Shown: positions 12,810-24,837, counted from the first letter of the whole stretch. The stretch is 63,975 bases of DNA, filler included, from Octopus bimaculoides (GCF_001194135.2; 8 parts of 8 records of this genome joined end to end with filler, not necessarily neighbours in it); one strand, 5' to 3'. A program made the numbers and translations. Notes: generated by a model not told the origin, from the letters alone.

Positions 12810-13345
12810 ATCATCATCATCATCATCGTTTAAAATCGCTTTCCATGCTAGCATGGGTTGGACGATTTGACTGAGGACTGGTGAAACCAGGTGGCTGCAC
12901 CAGGCTCCAATCTGATTTGGCAGANNNNNNNNNNNNNNNNNNNNNNNNNNNNNNNNNNNNNNNNNNNNNNNNNNNNNNNNCACCAGGCTCCAATCTGATC
13001 TGGCAGAGTTTCTACAGCTGGATGCCCTTCATAACGCCGACCACTCAGAGAGTGTAGCAGGTGCTTTTACGTGTCACCTGCACAAAGGCCAGTCAGGCGG
13101 TACTGGCAATGGCCACGCTCAAAATGGTGTATTTTATGTGCCACCCGCACAAGAGCCAGTCCAGGGGCACTGGCAACGATCTCGCTCAAAAGTCATTACA
13201 CATGCCGCGGGCACAAGTGCCAGAAAGGTGACGCTGGGCACAGGTGCCATCACAATTTCGCTTTCGCTTGCCCCAATAAGTCTTCGCAAGCTGAGTTTCG
13301 TGTCCAATGAGGGAGACGACGTTGGCATGGGTGCCAGTCGTCAGA
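12810..13345 (-). mobile_element. RTE-type 3' tail repeat family (ends in (GAT)n on - strand)
   Basis: CATCATCATCGTTTAA...TTTCCATGCTAGCATGGGTTGGACG...CTACAGCTGGATGCCCTTC; related copies at 16440, 21985 and 25735. Confidence 0.7.
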
Positions 13346-13371
13346 TATGATCAACAAAACAGTTTGCTTAT

Positions 13372-13628
13372 AAAAGTAGCATGCAAATGGCTGAGCACTC
13401 CACAGATACACATGTCCTGAATGCAGTTCTCAGAGATATCCAGCATGACACAAAATGTAACATGGTCGACCCTTTGAATTTACAAGTACAACTCATTTCT
13501 GCCAGCTGAGTACACTGAAGCAACATGAAATAAAGTGTTTTGCTCAAGGACACAATGCCCTGTCGGGAATCGAACTCATGACCCTACAATCATGCACTGA
13601 ATGCGCGCTTGATACTGAGTTACGTGCC
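13372..13628 (-). mobile_element. SINE family C, decayed
   Basis: Reverse complement matches 8626-8945 (GCTCAAGGACACAA, GGGAATCGAACTC). Confidence 0.7.
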
Positions 13629-13704
13629 CCCACAGTAAATTGAAAAGAATTTTAATGACTTTTACATTATTTACATGGCAACATATATATTTTTTTCTTT
13701 TCAG

Positions 13705-13807
13705 TGCAACCAGAAGATCATGAACCCAATCTCATTATTGGTACCCCTAATGAGATGACCTTTCTCAAGGGTCAGACTGTGCAGTTGAAATGTATATTCG
13801 GAGGACA
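13705..13807 (+). CDS. Nrg: Neuroglian/L1CAM-family exon B (linker + N-terminal Ig3), phase 1-2
   Basis: TTTTCTTTTCAG acceptor, GTGAGT donor; MQPEDHEPNLIIGTPNEMTFLKGQTVQLKCIFGG; in frame with exon A. Confidence 0.85.
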
Positions 13808-13925
13808 GTGAGTTTAATTCTACATTCTCTTGGTCCCATGGACCTGTTCAGTTTTCTTTGCCATCACTCATTCTTATTTATTTGTTTCATTCAATTTTAA
13901 TCTGAAAATTTTTTTTACATTTAAA

Positions 13926-14525
13926 GTGCAAGCATAGCTGCATGCTTAAGGAGCTTGATCTGTAGCCATGTGGTTCTCAGTTGAGTCCCACTGGATGGCA
14001 ATCATCTTCTACTATAGCTTTTGCTAACCAATACTTTGTGAGTGGATTTAGTAGAAGGAAACTGTGTGGAAGCCTGTTGTATATGTTTGTTATTTCTTTA
14101 CTGCCCACAAGGGGCTAAACACAGAGGGGACAAACAAGGACAGACAAACGGATTAAGTTGATTATATCGACCCCAGTGCGTAACTGGTACTTATTTTTGA
14201 CCCCCGAAAGGATGAAAGGCAAAGTTGACCTCGGCGGAATTTGAACTCAGAACGTAGCAGCAGATGAAATACCGCTAAGTATTTCGCTTGGCGTGCTAAC
14301 GTTTCTGCCAGCTCATCACCTTATATATGTTGTCTGTTGTATATGTTTGTGTGTGTGTTTTGTGTCTGTATTTATCCTTTGCCACCACTTGACAACCACT
14401 GTTGGTTTGTTTATGTCCCTGTAACTGATCTGTTATAAATCCTCGGGTTGATTAGTTCGATTAGAACCCGTTTAGGTGATGCCCAAGCACGACTGCAGTC
14501 AAATGGCTGCAAGAAGAGTAAAAGA
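13926..14525 (+). mobile_element. tRNA-derived SINE family A, decayed, with a nested family B SINE
   Basis: Head ...TCTTCTACTATAGC...GTGAGTGGATTTAGTAGAAGGAAACTG and tail ...CTGCAGTCAAATGGCTG...GAGTAAAAGA flank the insert. Confidence 0.7.
14091..14322 (-). mobile_element. SINE family B, full length
   Basis: Minus strand GAGCTGGCAGAAACGTTAGCACGCC...GAGTTCAAATTCCGCCGAGGTC...tail GTCCCCTCTGTGTTTAGCCCCTTGTGGGCAGTAAAGAAATA. Confidence 0.85.
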
Positions 14526-14864
14526 TTTGTGAAAAGAAATTCAGATTTTTAATGAAAATCTGAAATTAATTATACGTGATTTATAGTTGCATTTACTAAA
14601 GTGGAAGTAATCACTCCAAATGCACACATATGCTGGTCCAGTGTGTATACACCTATATATTTTTTATCTATAATTCTCCATATAAGTAGATTTGATAAAC
14701 CCCAAGTGGGGTAAAAATGAAGTTCTTGTGGGTAATGAGAGCTCATTAGACATAAGTAAAATTATATACAACAGAAATTTTTCTTCCAGCATGAGGAGAC
14801 AGTCAGAAAGTTGCTGCCTTTTGCCACAACCTACCTTTGCAAATAAGGATTTTCCACTCTAATG

Positions 14865-15480
14865 AACATGATTAAAAATCCTTCAATTTGAGTCCTGAGC
14901 TTCTCAACCATTGTTGGGGTTTTATTTTGTCTATTTCTTTTCAGTTTAGCTTAGCCCAGTATCTGCCATGTAAGGGCTTTTCCTGCCATCATTTAAACAT
15001 GGTATTTTGTTATTCCAATTTTAGTTTAGATTTCATTTGCTTTACAGCTTTTGTTGCTTGCTTTTTTCTTCATAGTTGTCAGATACTAAGATTTCTTTCT
15101 TGTATTTTTTGGCTTCCTTGAGATTGAAAACATTTCTTTTGCTTATGTTTTGTGGTTTTTTTGTACCCGTTTTCATTGGTTCTGGAGTAGATATTTCTGT
15201 AATTCTGTGGTGGTTATTTTATAGTAGCTTTCTAGTTGTATAAGGCCTCTACCACCTTCAGTTCATTATATATATAACCATTCTATGTCAGATTTTTGGT
15301 GGAGTATCCTAAATTCCATCATTAGTTTCTTGTTTTTCTGTCTAGTTTGGTTCATTGGTTGCAAACTATCACCTTGGACAAAATGCTTAGCAGCATTTCT
15401 TCAAGCATTTTACATTCTGAGTTTAAATACTATTGAGATGATCCTTGCCTTTCATCATTACAAGCTGTGGTGTATGCGTG
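14865..15480 (-). mobile_element. R4/Dong-like LINE ORF fragment (post-RT region)
   Basis: Decayed translation HQKSDIEWLYI..EGGRGLIQLESYYK...WQEKPLHGRYW...QWLRSSGLK..EGFLI. Confidence 0.75.
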
Positions 15481-15975
15481 CGAGTAGATGTAATTGCCTT
15501 ACCTCGGTTTTCTTTCCTCGACTGTGAGTCTGTCTTGCGGTATCTGATCCTCGCGGCTCGCCCCAACCCGAATAACACTAGGAATAGCAGCTGCTTCTCC
15601 CAAACCTAGACGATCGCTTGGCACATCCTCTCCTGACAACAGCCCCATTCGAAAAAGGGCACGAAATCCTGATCGAGGCTCCCTCTGCCCTTCTTCCTCT
15701 TCCGATCAACTGGCCCTTCCGGTCAGCTCCCCAGTCACTGACATCATAACACACAAGTTTAATGAAATAAAGTATTGATCAAGTACTAGTTGGTGGGGAT
15801 AGCTGATGTAATCATCTTTTCTAATTTGCTGGCCTCATGTCAAAATTAGAAAGAATTATAAAGCAACAATCTAGTAGAACAGTAATTATAATGGTATTAA
15901 TGTAACTTTTACTAATTAAAAGTATCAAACAAATCTCTCACTTCCAACTCTTCATATCTTATTTCTCATTCTCAG

Positions 15976-16169
15976 TCCAACACCAGAGGTGAGATGGTCC
16001 CGAGATGGTAAGGCAATAAAACCGGACGCAAGAATCAAATTTGCCAGCTTTGGTCTTGAGCTGAAAATTCCAGATGCTCAGTTTGAAGACGAGGGTAACT
16101 ACGAATGCAGTGCACAAGCGACAGGCTCCAGTTACAAACCACAACACGTCATAAAAGTTAAAATTCATT
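15976..16169 (+). CDS. Nrg: Neuroglian/L1CAM-family exon C (rest of Ig3), phase 2-1
   Basis: CTCATTCTCAG acceptor, GTGAGT donor; HPTPEVRWSRDGKAIKPDARIKFASFGLELKIPDAQFEDEGNYECSAQ with the Ig I-set W and D.G.Y.C motifs; in frame with exon B. Confidence 0.9.
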
Positions 16170-16212
16170 GTGAGTCTAAATAATTATCTTATTCTTTTAC
16201 TGATTTTATAGG

Positions 16213-16370
16213 CTCACGAATGGCTATGTGGTAAGAAGTTAGCTTTCTGACCACATGGCTTTGGGTTCAGTCTCAATGTGTAGCCCATGTCTTCTACTAT
16301 AGTTCTAGACGAACCAAAGACATGTAAGTAGATATTGTGTATGAAAAATGAATGAAGCCCATCATATCAA
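16213..16370 (+). mobile_element. SINE family A, 5' fragment
   Basis: TGGCTATGTGGTAAGAAG...GGGTTCAGTCTCA...TGTCTTCTACTATAG. Confidence 0.65.
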
Positions 16371-16439
16371 GCAAATGAGTGCCTTTATTTCCAGTATTTG
16401 TTAAGACATGTCTGGCCACAGTGAAATATTACCTTAGAA

Positions 16440-16560
16440 ACAGAGACGGGTTACTGACAGGAAAGGCATCCAGCCATAGATAAATTCAACAAATTCCATC
16501 TGACCCATGCAAGCATGGAAAAGTAAGGCATTAAAACGATGAGTATGATGATGATGCTTT
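16440..16560 (+). mobile_element. RTE-type tail repeat, 3' fragment
   Basis: GAAAGGCATCCAGCCATAG...GACCCATGCAAGCATGGAAAAG...AAACGATGAGTATGATGATGATG. Confidence 0.65.
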
Positions 16561-16664
16561 CAGTCATTAGTCATGGCCATGCTGGGGCACCACCTCCAAG
16601 TGTTTACATCAACTCCAGTACCGTAAAATTTTACAATAACTCTTCTGAAACAATTGTTATGGTT

Positions 16665-16773
16665 GTTATTGTTGCTGTTGTTGTTTTTATTACTGTTATT
16701 GTTGCTGTTGTTGTTTTTATTACTGTTATTGTTGGTGTTGTTGTTTTTATTACTGTTGTTGTTGTTGTTGTTT
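16665..16773. repeat. 30-bp tandem repeat x3 + (GTT)n abutting the exon D acceptor
   Basis: GTTATTGTTGCTGTTGTTGTTTTTATTACT units at 16665, 16695 and 16725. Confidence 0.9.
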
Positions 16774-16776
16774 CAG

Positions 16777-16911
16777 CTAAACCTGAATGGACCATGAAGC
16801 CAGAAAGCATTGTGACCAGTGCTGGCAGCTCAGCTTCCTTCTTCTGTAATGCAACCAGCGAACCTGCCATTGACAGATTGATGTGGTTTATCAATGGAAG
16901 AAAGGTTGAGG
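16777..16911 (+). CDS. Nrg: Neuroglian/L1CAM-family exon D (N-terminal Ig4), phase 1-1
   Basis: TTTCAG acceptor, G|GTAAGT donor; SKPEWTMKPESIVTSAGSSASFFCNATSEPAIDRLMWFINGRKVE; in frame with exon C. Confidence 0.85.
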
Positions 16912-17022
16912 GTAAGTAGTGACAATGATGTTGATGATGATGATGTTAGATTGAACCAGCAGACTTATGTGGAAAGATGTTCTACCTGTGATCATACCAT
17001 CTTTATTCAGACAGTTTCTCTA

Positions 17023-17068
<46 letters not shown>

Positions 17069-17214
17069 CATAAATATACAGGGATTAGCATTGAGTTGCT
17101 TCTCCAACATACTGNNNNNNNNNNNNNNNNNNNNNNNNNNNNNNNNNNNNNNNNNNNNTTAATTAATTAANNNNNNNNNNNNNNNNNNNNNNNNNNNNNN
17201 NNNNNNNNNNNNNN

Positions 17215-17420
17215 TTTCTCGAACACAGGAAGGTTGTAAAGACAAGCAAGCCTCCAAAGATCCAAGCCATGATTGACAACAATCCCTCCAAGTCAATTAG
17301 GTCCATCGCCAGGGACATAGAAGTGTCTGAGTTTCTTATCAGGCAGGTAGTATATGAAGACATTGGGTACAAGATGAGAAAGGGCCAATTTTTATCCCAA
17401 GCTATCAAACCAAGCAAGAA
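17215..17420 (+). mobile_element. maT-like mariner transposase fragment (HTH region)
   Basis: IQAMIDNNPSKSIRSIARDIEVSEFLIRQVVYEDIGYKMRKGQFLSQA. Confidence 0.75.
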
Positions 17421-18439
17421 AACCCAGTCATACCAGGTCATCAGCGTCGCTCGGGTTCATCACAGATTTCGCATTAGACACATGTATAAAAGAAGGTAAG
17501 AGATGTAATGCATACCGCAGAAGTTATCATTCCGTCACCTGAGCACAGTGCAATTGCATCCATTTTTCTTTGTGTTCTTTTTTTTAAGTGTGTGTGTGAT
17601 TTTTTTAATTTTTTGTGTGTGATATTAAGGCGGTGGCGGCGGCGGCGGTGGTGGTGGCGGTGGTACTGCTGTTGTCGCTATTTCATTTGTTTTATTTTCA
17701 AGCTGTGTAACTGACATTGCTGTTCGCTCCTAAGGGTGGTGGTGGTGATGATGGTTGCAGTGTTGAAGTGGTAGAGCTTTCGGTGGTGATTGTGGCGGTA
17801 AGTGTAGGCTTCAGTGACGGTAGCAGTCACGTGACATATGATACTGTCGCTCGCAAGTGATTCCATAACCGATGTTACTTTATTCCTTTCTCAAATTTCC
17901 ATCAACTTAATGACCACTTCACGATGGCTGTTATATCTTTATTACAAGTGCTTCCTTGTTGTCTTAGCCTTTGTCACATCCTAGTTCCACCACCACCACC
18001 ACAACCCTCATCGGTACCACTTGTTGCACAGTTAATGACTTGATTCTATATAAGCAGCTGCATAACAGTAAACAGTTCGTGAGAAAAGGGAAGAGGAAAA
18101 TGTTAACGACTTACATCGTTTTCAAGGGAAACGTCAGCAACAGCAAGAGAATTATTGTTTTCTTTTCTTGTTCAGTTAATTAATCTGTAACTCTCAGAAT
18201 CTGACTAAAGAAACCAAATAGGAAGCTGATGTTAACGGCTATTGCAGGTAATGGTGGTAGCGATGATAGTTGGATGTTCAGATGACGTGTTCTATACCTT
18301 TCTAGTCTTTGTTTTCTTACTTTTCGGTGAATGCAATAGATATAAAGAAAAACAACTATTATTGTGGCGGATGGAGATTTAAAATAGAAACGACAATACT
18401 ATGAGCAACAAAGGTACTTCTCCAGTAGAACCTTTGTTT

Positions 18440-19615
18440 TTAGTTTTTTCCGGCAAGAAATACCTTACAGCTTAATCTTAAGTGATAGCAAAGTATGACT
18501 TGCAACGCGGATTAATACCTGGGCCTTAAAGGCTTTCATACAGGAACCACCAGTGATCAACTGAAATGTTATTTCTAGAACTCCTTCCCTAGGATTATCG
18601 GGAAATCTGACAAAAATGGCATTATACACAGTCTGCGGTGGCCATTTTTGCTCTACAAATTTGCCATGATTCAAGTAAAGGCAATGGAGAGGCTGTGCAG
18701 TAAATTCATGCGAAGGTATCTGGGTGTTCCTCCAAATTTCAGCTCAGTCAATCCGTACAGCAAGACTTCTAAGCTCCTTCTACCAATTTCATCAGTGGTG
18801 GAAGAATTCAAAGCTACAAAGACGAGAGCAATCAACACATTGCTTCTATCTGGGGATGAAAAAGTCAGACACACCAGCAAAACTATAAATGGAAGCCGCG
18901 GGAATGTGCGACGGAAGCATAAACATACTAGAAACACCAGGAGATTGCGTCGTAGACGTTTAGGCCTTGGCAACTACAGCACAAGAAGCAAGAGAGAGTT
19001 CATAGTACAAAGAATTTGTGATTCAATAGAGACGGATAGCCAAGTGACGGCAGTAGAGCTTTCCCGCCAAGGTCAATGGATACAGTGGGACCAGATACTC
19101 GAGTGCCCACTGTTCTAGAAGGATCTCTGGAGCACTGACCAGGGAAGATTTTTCTTTCCTCCTTCGTGCTGTCGCTGACCTCCTGCTAATCCCAAATAAC
19201 CTTAAAATCTGGAGCAAAGAGACCCATTCTACAAACAGAATACAAAAACAATCATCGTGGTCGAACTTACAATGCCCAGGAAAGACGGACTTGATGTTTC
19301 CCACCAGGTAAAGAAGACGAAATATCAGGACTTAGTCGATGAGGTCCTTATCAAGGGATAACATGCGGCCTCATTCTCTATTGGTCGCTGTTTCGTGCAG
19401 AAGATAGGTCTGGAACCCAGACAACTGAAGAAAGCCATCAAAGAAATAGGCACGGCAGCCGAAACCAGCTCAAGGTGGTTACGGTTGGTAGGAGACCGCA
19501 AGTAGAACCATTCTACAGATGAAAACTAGCTCAGTCCTCGCTGCTCCACTCAGCTGAAGCATACAGGCTAAGGGGCGAATCGCTTGTGACCCTGAGATAA
19601 CTGCTGATGATATAT
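18440..19615 (+). mobile_element. HERO-like RLE non-LTR retrotransposon, 5'-truncated and internally deleted
   Basis: LRWPFLLYK...ERLCSKFMRRYLGVPPNFSSV..YSKTSKLLLPISSVVEEFKATK...RLGLG...QGQWIQWD...DLWSTDQGRFSFLLRAV.DLL..PNNLKIW, then KKTKYQDL...KAIKEIGTAAETSSRWL; tail ACTGCTGATGATA. Confidence 0.75.
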
Positions 19616-21984
19616 AAGGATTTCCAGCATTGCAATGGATTTAGAAGAGCTTGCAAAACCTCTGAGTAGCTCCTGCAGTTACTGCTGGAGCAAAGCATCT
19701 CTGATGTTTATTTCATCCTAGTCGGGAATTCCGACTGTTTAAAAACTAATTATAAAATGCAAAATTGTCTTAAAATGTTCGGATGAGTTAACAAACAGTT
19801 TTTATGTCATTTAAAGATCGTTCACAAAAGTTTTTCTCAGAAATTAGTATACATGGTAAATTCGGGAGTACAGGAATGATCGAATTTATTGATGTTAATC
19901 TGTTATAAATATAATTAAATTTTTAGAAATAAAACTTTCTGAATTTAACCTTGATTTTGAAAAAATATAGTGACTAATGGAGTCATTGACGTTGTTAAAT
20001 ATAATACTCAGCCTTAATTCTTACGATATTCGCAAAAAATCAACGTCATTTTTATTCTCGTTAGATGATATAATCGACTGGAAAACAAAAATTAAGATTT
20101 ACGCGCGTGCGTTCGTGCGTGTGTTCTTGTTTAAATGCATATATGTCTGCATAAAATGTATTCTTTTTCCTTCTCTAATCGACTTCAGTTCATGCGAATG
20201 TGAACATGTACTTGATACTAAGTGTATGATGGATGGGGGAGAATAATGAGAGATATGAGAATTACGGATTTTCACCAAGAAATCCGGCAAGAAGGCGGTT
20301 ATATCTGAGACAAAACTCTGATGAAAATAAAAAATCCAAACTATGGTTGAAATGACTGGAAGAAGCGCGTGGACTCACGAAAGGTAACCATTCTCATTAA
20401 CTGTGTAACAAAGGAGTGGGATTCTATGTTGGAACATAATTTATTTTGTAACATTAGTAGGAAAGGTGTTCATGCAATACAATTAATGGAAAAAGCAAGA
20501 TGAAACAGCGTAATATGACATGCAAGGAAAATGTCTGTTCGAAATTTAACACTTAGACTGATTTTTACATATCAAGTAAATATTTAGATGCCGTGTTATG
20601 TCTTTTTTCCGTGACAACCCAAGACACTCTGAAATTGGCGAGAGGGGAGAACATCACAGCAGCTCTGACGTCTGCAAAATTAGCACGTTTACTGACTGTA
20701 TTTATTAGGCTATGTTCACGGAAAGTTCTAGATGGGCTACCGAACTATCACGTGAACAACAGCTGTACATTGGATAAACTCTTGGTTGCACACATGATCA
20801 AACTATGATTGAATTGTCGCTTGAGATTCGTATGTGGTAAAACGGGGGATCGAATCCAATGTTGCAAATGAAAAATAGTAGCCTCAACTACGTATGCGTA
20901 TATGCCAACATTCTTTTCTTTTCTTTGCGGAGGTCAATCAAAATTTATTATTGATGAAACTAAAAAGATGATGAATGAACCAATTTTTGACAATCTTTTT
21001 GTACAACAGCGTAACTGTCACTGATTATAACTGCTGTCAAAGTTTGTCATCGAAATTGAACGTGATCAACATCATGTAGGCGACATAGTATGAGCTGTCC
21101 ATTACATATCTAAAATTAAAATGAAGTGGTTTCAATTTGGTTTTTTTTTTTTTTTTATTTGATTTCCGTCGGATATCTTTTAATAGATTTCCTATTTCCG
21201 GTATTATTTCACAAAACTTCAGAAATTCATTTGATTCATAACTACTTGTTAAGTCAACTGCAGATTAGTTTCATAATAGCTGCGATGTTGTAGGTAAAAG
21301 ATACATCAGAAGAATATATGCCTTCTGTCCACGGAGAGATTGGTACCTCATATTGTATACAAACACGGTTGTATACACGGTTTGTAGAGAAATGTAACGG
21401 TTTGTACGTTGATGATTGGCAAGCTGAGAAGACTGCATATGTGGTTTTTCTAACGTCGGTGTCGTCAAATGCAAGAATTGGCAGGTTGTATAGTAGATGT
21501 CAGGTCATCAAGAAGGTAATGGATAAGATGGTTGTTTTGAAAGTCAATAGAATAAATAACAGAAGAAAATAATTGTTGAAACGGTCTTTATTTTACCGTT
21601 ACAATATATAAACTGCTTCGAATTGTTTGTTATACAAAGATTAGAAGTCCTGTTATCCATTTCGTAGGTGGCTGTATATTGACGAGTAGATAGAGTGAGT
21701 GTTGTATGATACGTCCTTGACATGTCATGAGTGAAGAGAGAGAGAGATGCTCCTTCGGCAAAGGTATCGAGTGAAAGAGAAAGAATTCTATTTAGTGTTC
21801 TGTATTTATACATGTCAAAAATTAGAAGTTGATCGAAACCCTTAAAGCCAATAACTTTGCAGCACCCCCTTGTATGTATGTATGATGAGCTTCATCACAG
21901 TTTCCATCTAACAATTTTCACCAATGAGACTCGAAACTGTAGGCAGAAAACATCTGCCTCAGGTGCTGTTCACTGCAAGCCATC

Positions 21985-22200
21985 ATCATCATCCTTTAAT
22001 ATCAGCTTTCCATACTGGCATGGATTAGACGGTTTGACTAGAGCTGGCAAGCTAGAGAGCTGCACCAGGTTCCAGTTTGATTTGACTTGGTTTCTACAGC
22101 TGGATGCCCTTCCTAGCACCAACCACTTTACAGTGTATACCGAGTGCTGTTAACGTGACACTGGAAAGAGTGCCTTGATATGGCACTGGCACAGGACTCT
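21985..22200 (-). mobile_element. RTE-type tail repeat
   Basis: CATCATCATC...TTTCCATACTGGCATGGATTAGACGG...CTACAGCTGGATGCCCTTCCTA. Confidence 0.65.
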
Positions 22201-23799
22201 TACAGGCCTATCCTCTTCACCAAGGGGAACAGCCTTAACACTTCTGCTGTAGAGGACAGGTCTTAAGTACAGTAAGGCACCAGGTAGCTCAGTGATTATG
22301 AATGGCATAGATTAGATATTTTCTCCATATTGCTTAATCTTAGTATGCAATGGCATCAGAGATTTAAAAACAGATATCTTGAGAGTATAGCAATAAAAAA
22401 AAGAAAAAGATGAAAATAAATGCATGTTCACAGATAGGACCAACTGTAAAGAGAGATAAGAATAAAATGGGGGGAAAGTAAATATATTTAAAATAAACAT
22501 AAGAGAAATAAATAAAAAAAATCAGGCACTGGAAATGAGATAGAAATTTCAGGTTAAAATACGTGTGCATCTGTCATTACTTAACCTGTTTGAATTTTTT
22601 TCTTAAATTAAATATATTTTGAAGGAAAGGACACTGAATAGTTAGTCCTTAACACCATTAACAGAAAAGATTGCCATAGTGGTGGATCTCACAGATCTGT
22701 TCAACCAGGGTTGACCTGGAGTTAAACATAATCATTTCTACCAAATCATTTTGTTTGGAAGAGCTACAATATTTATTTCTTTACATTAATCACAAGGCCA
22801 TTGTTTGAAGTAAATGGAGGTTAGCTGGCTAAATTGTGATTTAGGTAATTTACCCAAACTTATTAGGCAAATGTCAGTGATAAGTAGCACACAATTTGGA
22901 ATTTCTCCATTCTGACGGAGACTTTTCAGATATTTTTTTCACAGCGCCCTTGGAAATGATGGGAAGTGTCTTTTTTAACAAAAACATTTCCAAAAAAATT
23001 ATGTTTTTTTTTTATAACTTCTCATTTCCTAGAAACCACAATAGATTATTTGAAGGAAGAAGAAATACTTTCTAAACACAAAAATTTACCTGTTGTAAAT
23101 TCATGAAATTCATAAAATGCCAGAAGAGTTGTGGATGAAAAGGTAAGTTTTAGTAATTTTTTGTTTTTCTCATGGCCATGGTTAGAGAAAGAAATTCATA
23201 AATTACTTTTTTTTGCTTGAGTATAATGAAAAAAGTTGGAAAAAAATTTTTCAGATTCATTTATTTTTCGTTTGAGTAATATAAAAAGTTTTTAAAAAAT
23301 AAAAGATTCCATATATCAAGGTGAGAGAAACAAATTCATAAACACAATGTTGAATATAGTTTCACTATGGAAAAGGGGTGATTTAGCTGTTGTTTTTAGT
23401 ACATCTCATGACCATCTGATACCTACCTCGTTTCCTTGTTTAATACTGTCTCCCCATAAACATTTAATTGAATAATAGAAAAGGTTTAAGAATAAAATAA
23501 ATGCCATGTGCATTGTTAAAACAAAATTATTTCTCGAAAAAAACTTTTAGCTAAAATGATGCTCTCTATCATTTCCAAGGGCGTTATGAAAAAAAATCTG
23601 AAAAAACCCTAAAGAAATTCCAACTTGTGTGTGCTACCTATCTCTAACGTCTGCCACTTATTTAATCAACCTTTCAAAAAGGAATCAACCCCTTAATTCA
23701 GACGGGTAAGGGTGACACTGAAATTAAATTCAATTAGTTGAGTACTACCATTTCTACAAACTCATCAACTAGAAAATATTGATTTCAAATTTTGGCACA

Positions 23800-23965
23800 A
23801 GGCCAGTAATTCTGGGAGTGGTGGGTAAGTCAATTACATTGACCCCTGGTGCTTAACTGGTACTTATTTTATCAACCCTAAAAGGATGAAAGGCAAAGTC
23901 AACCTCAGTGGAATTTGAACTCAAAACGTAAATGATATACCACTAAGCATTTTGCCTAGCATGCT
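23800..23965 (-). mobile_element. SINE family B, decayed
   Basis: AACTGGTACTTATTTTATC...AAGGATGAAAGGCAAAGTCAACCTCAGTGGAATTTGAACTC. Confidence 0.75.
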
Positions 23966-24160
23966 ACACAAACTAGAAAATATTGAGAACTGTTAACTGG
24001 AGACATTACATCACTAGCTGTGAATATCTTTTGAGGAAAATATACGGGCAAAATGCTGAAGGTGGGAAAAAAAAGACCAAGCAATATTGAAATGTCAAAA
24101 AAATATAATTGACAAATGAAATGAGAAATCAAGGAAGAAAACTGAAAAATGAAATGTTTT

Positions 24161-24837
24161 TTATTGATTGATTTCAGATACTTCAATACCAATTAGATGA
24201 GAAGGAATGCAGAAAGGATTTATCCAAAGAGTGTCTGGCATAAACATAAGACTATTCAAAGGTTTAGGAAAACCTTGGCTATAATCTTCCATTTTTTGAA
24301 ATTTTCTAGAGATAGCATCATCCTCTTCTCCTGGATGTTTAACTGTTTCTTGTGACCTACTAAAACCTGCTACATCTCCAACTAAGTCAGCTGAACTTGC
24401 TTTATCTATCTGAAGTGAGTACTTAGAAGTTGTGTCCATCTCTTTTGACTGGGAAGCCTTTTCATTATCATCAGCAGGAGTGGTTTTCCTAGAATTTTCC
24501 TCTGAATCAGTTGCTAAGGTTGGTTCTTCCTTATTTTCCCACAAAGGTTTCATTGTGGGGTCAGCTAGACTAACTACGATTGGATTTAATTTCACCACAG
24601 TAGCTTTGGTACCATCGGGTAATAGTTCATCAATATGTTGAATTTCATAAATCACAGTACTGTTTTTATCAGTTTCCTCCTTCAATACATGTTTCAGTTT
24701 AGGCTTTTTGACAACTCTGTTGCGTTTTGTCAGCAATTGATGAAGAAGTTCTTGTTGTTTTCCTCGTTTTCGTTCAGGCTCTAGTAACTTTTTTCTAGCT
24801 GACTCAGATAGATCTGCTGTATCAAGGTATTGAAAAT
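24161..24837 (-). CDS. Large exon of an unidentified protein (terminal exon, or donor near 24180-24187)
   Basis: Minus-strand AATTTCAG acceptor; ~225 open codons DFQYLDTADLSESARKKLLEPERKRGKQQELLHQLLTKRNRVVKKPKLK...PFCIPSHLIGIEVSEINQ*; natural amino-acid composition, not repeat-derived. Confidence 0.7.

Noticed and set aside
16539-16776. Hydrophobic VVVFIT-repeat N-terminal extension of exon D, resembling a membrane anchor
   Set aside because: It is the translation of an intronic 30-bp tandem repeat; the AG at 16775-16776 joins exon C in frame.
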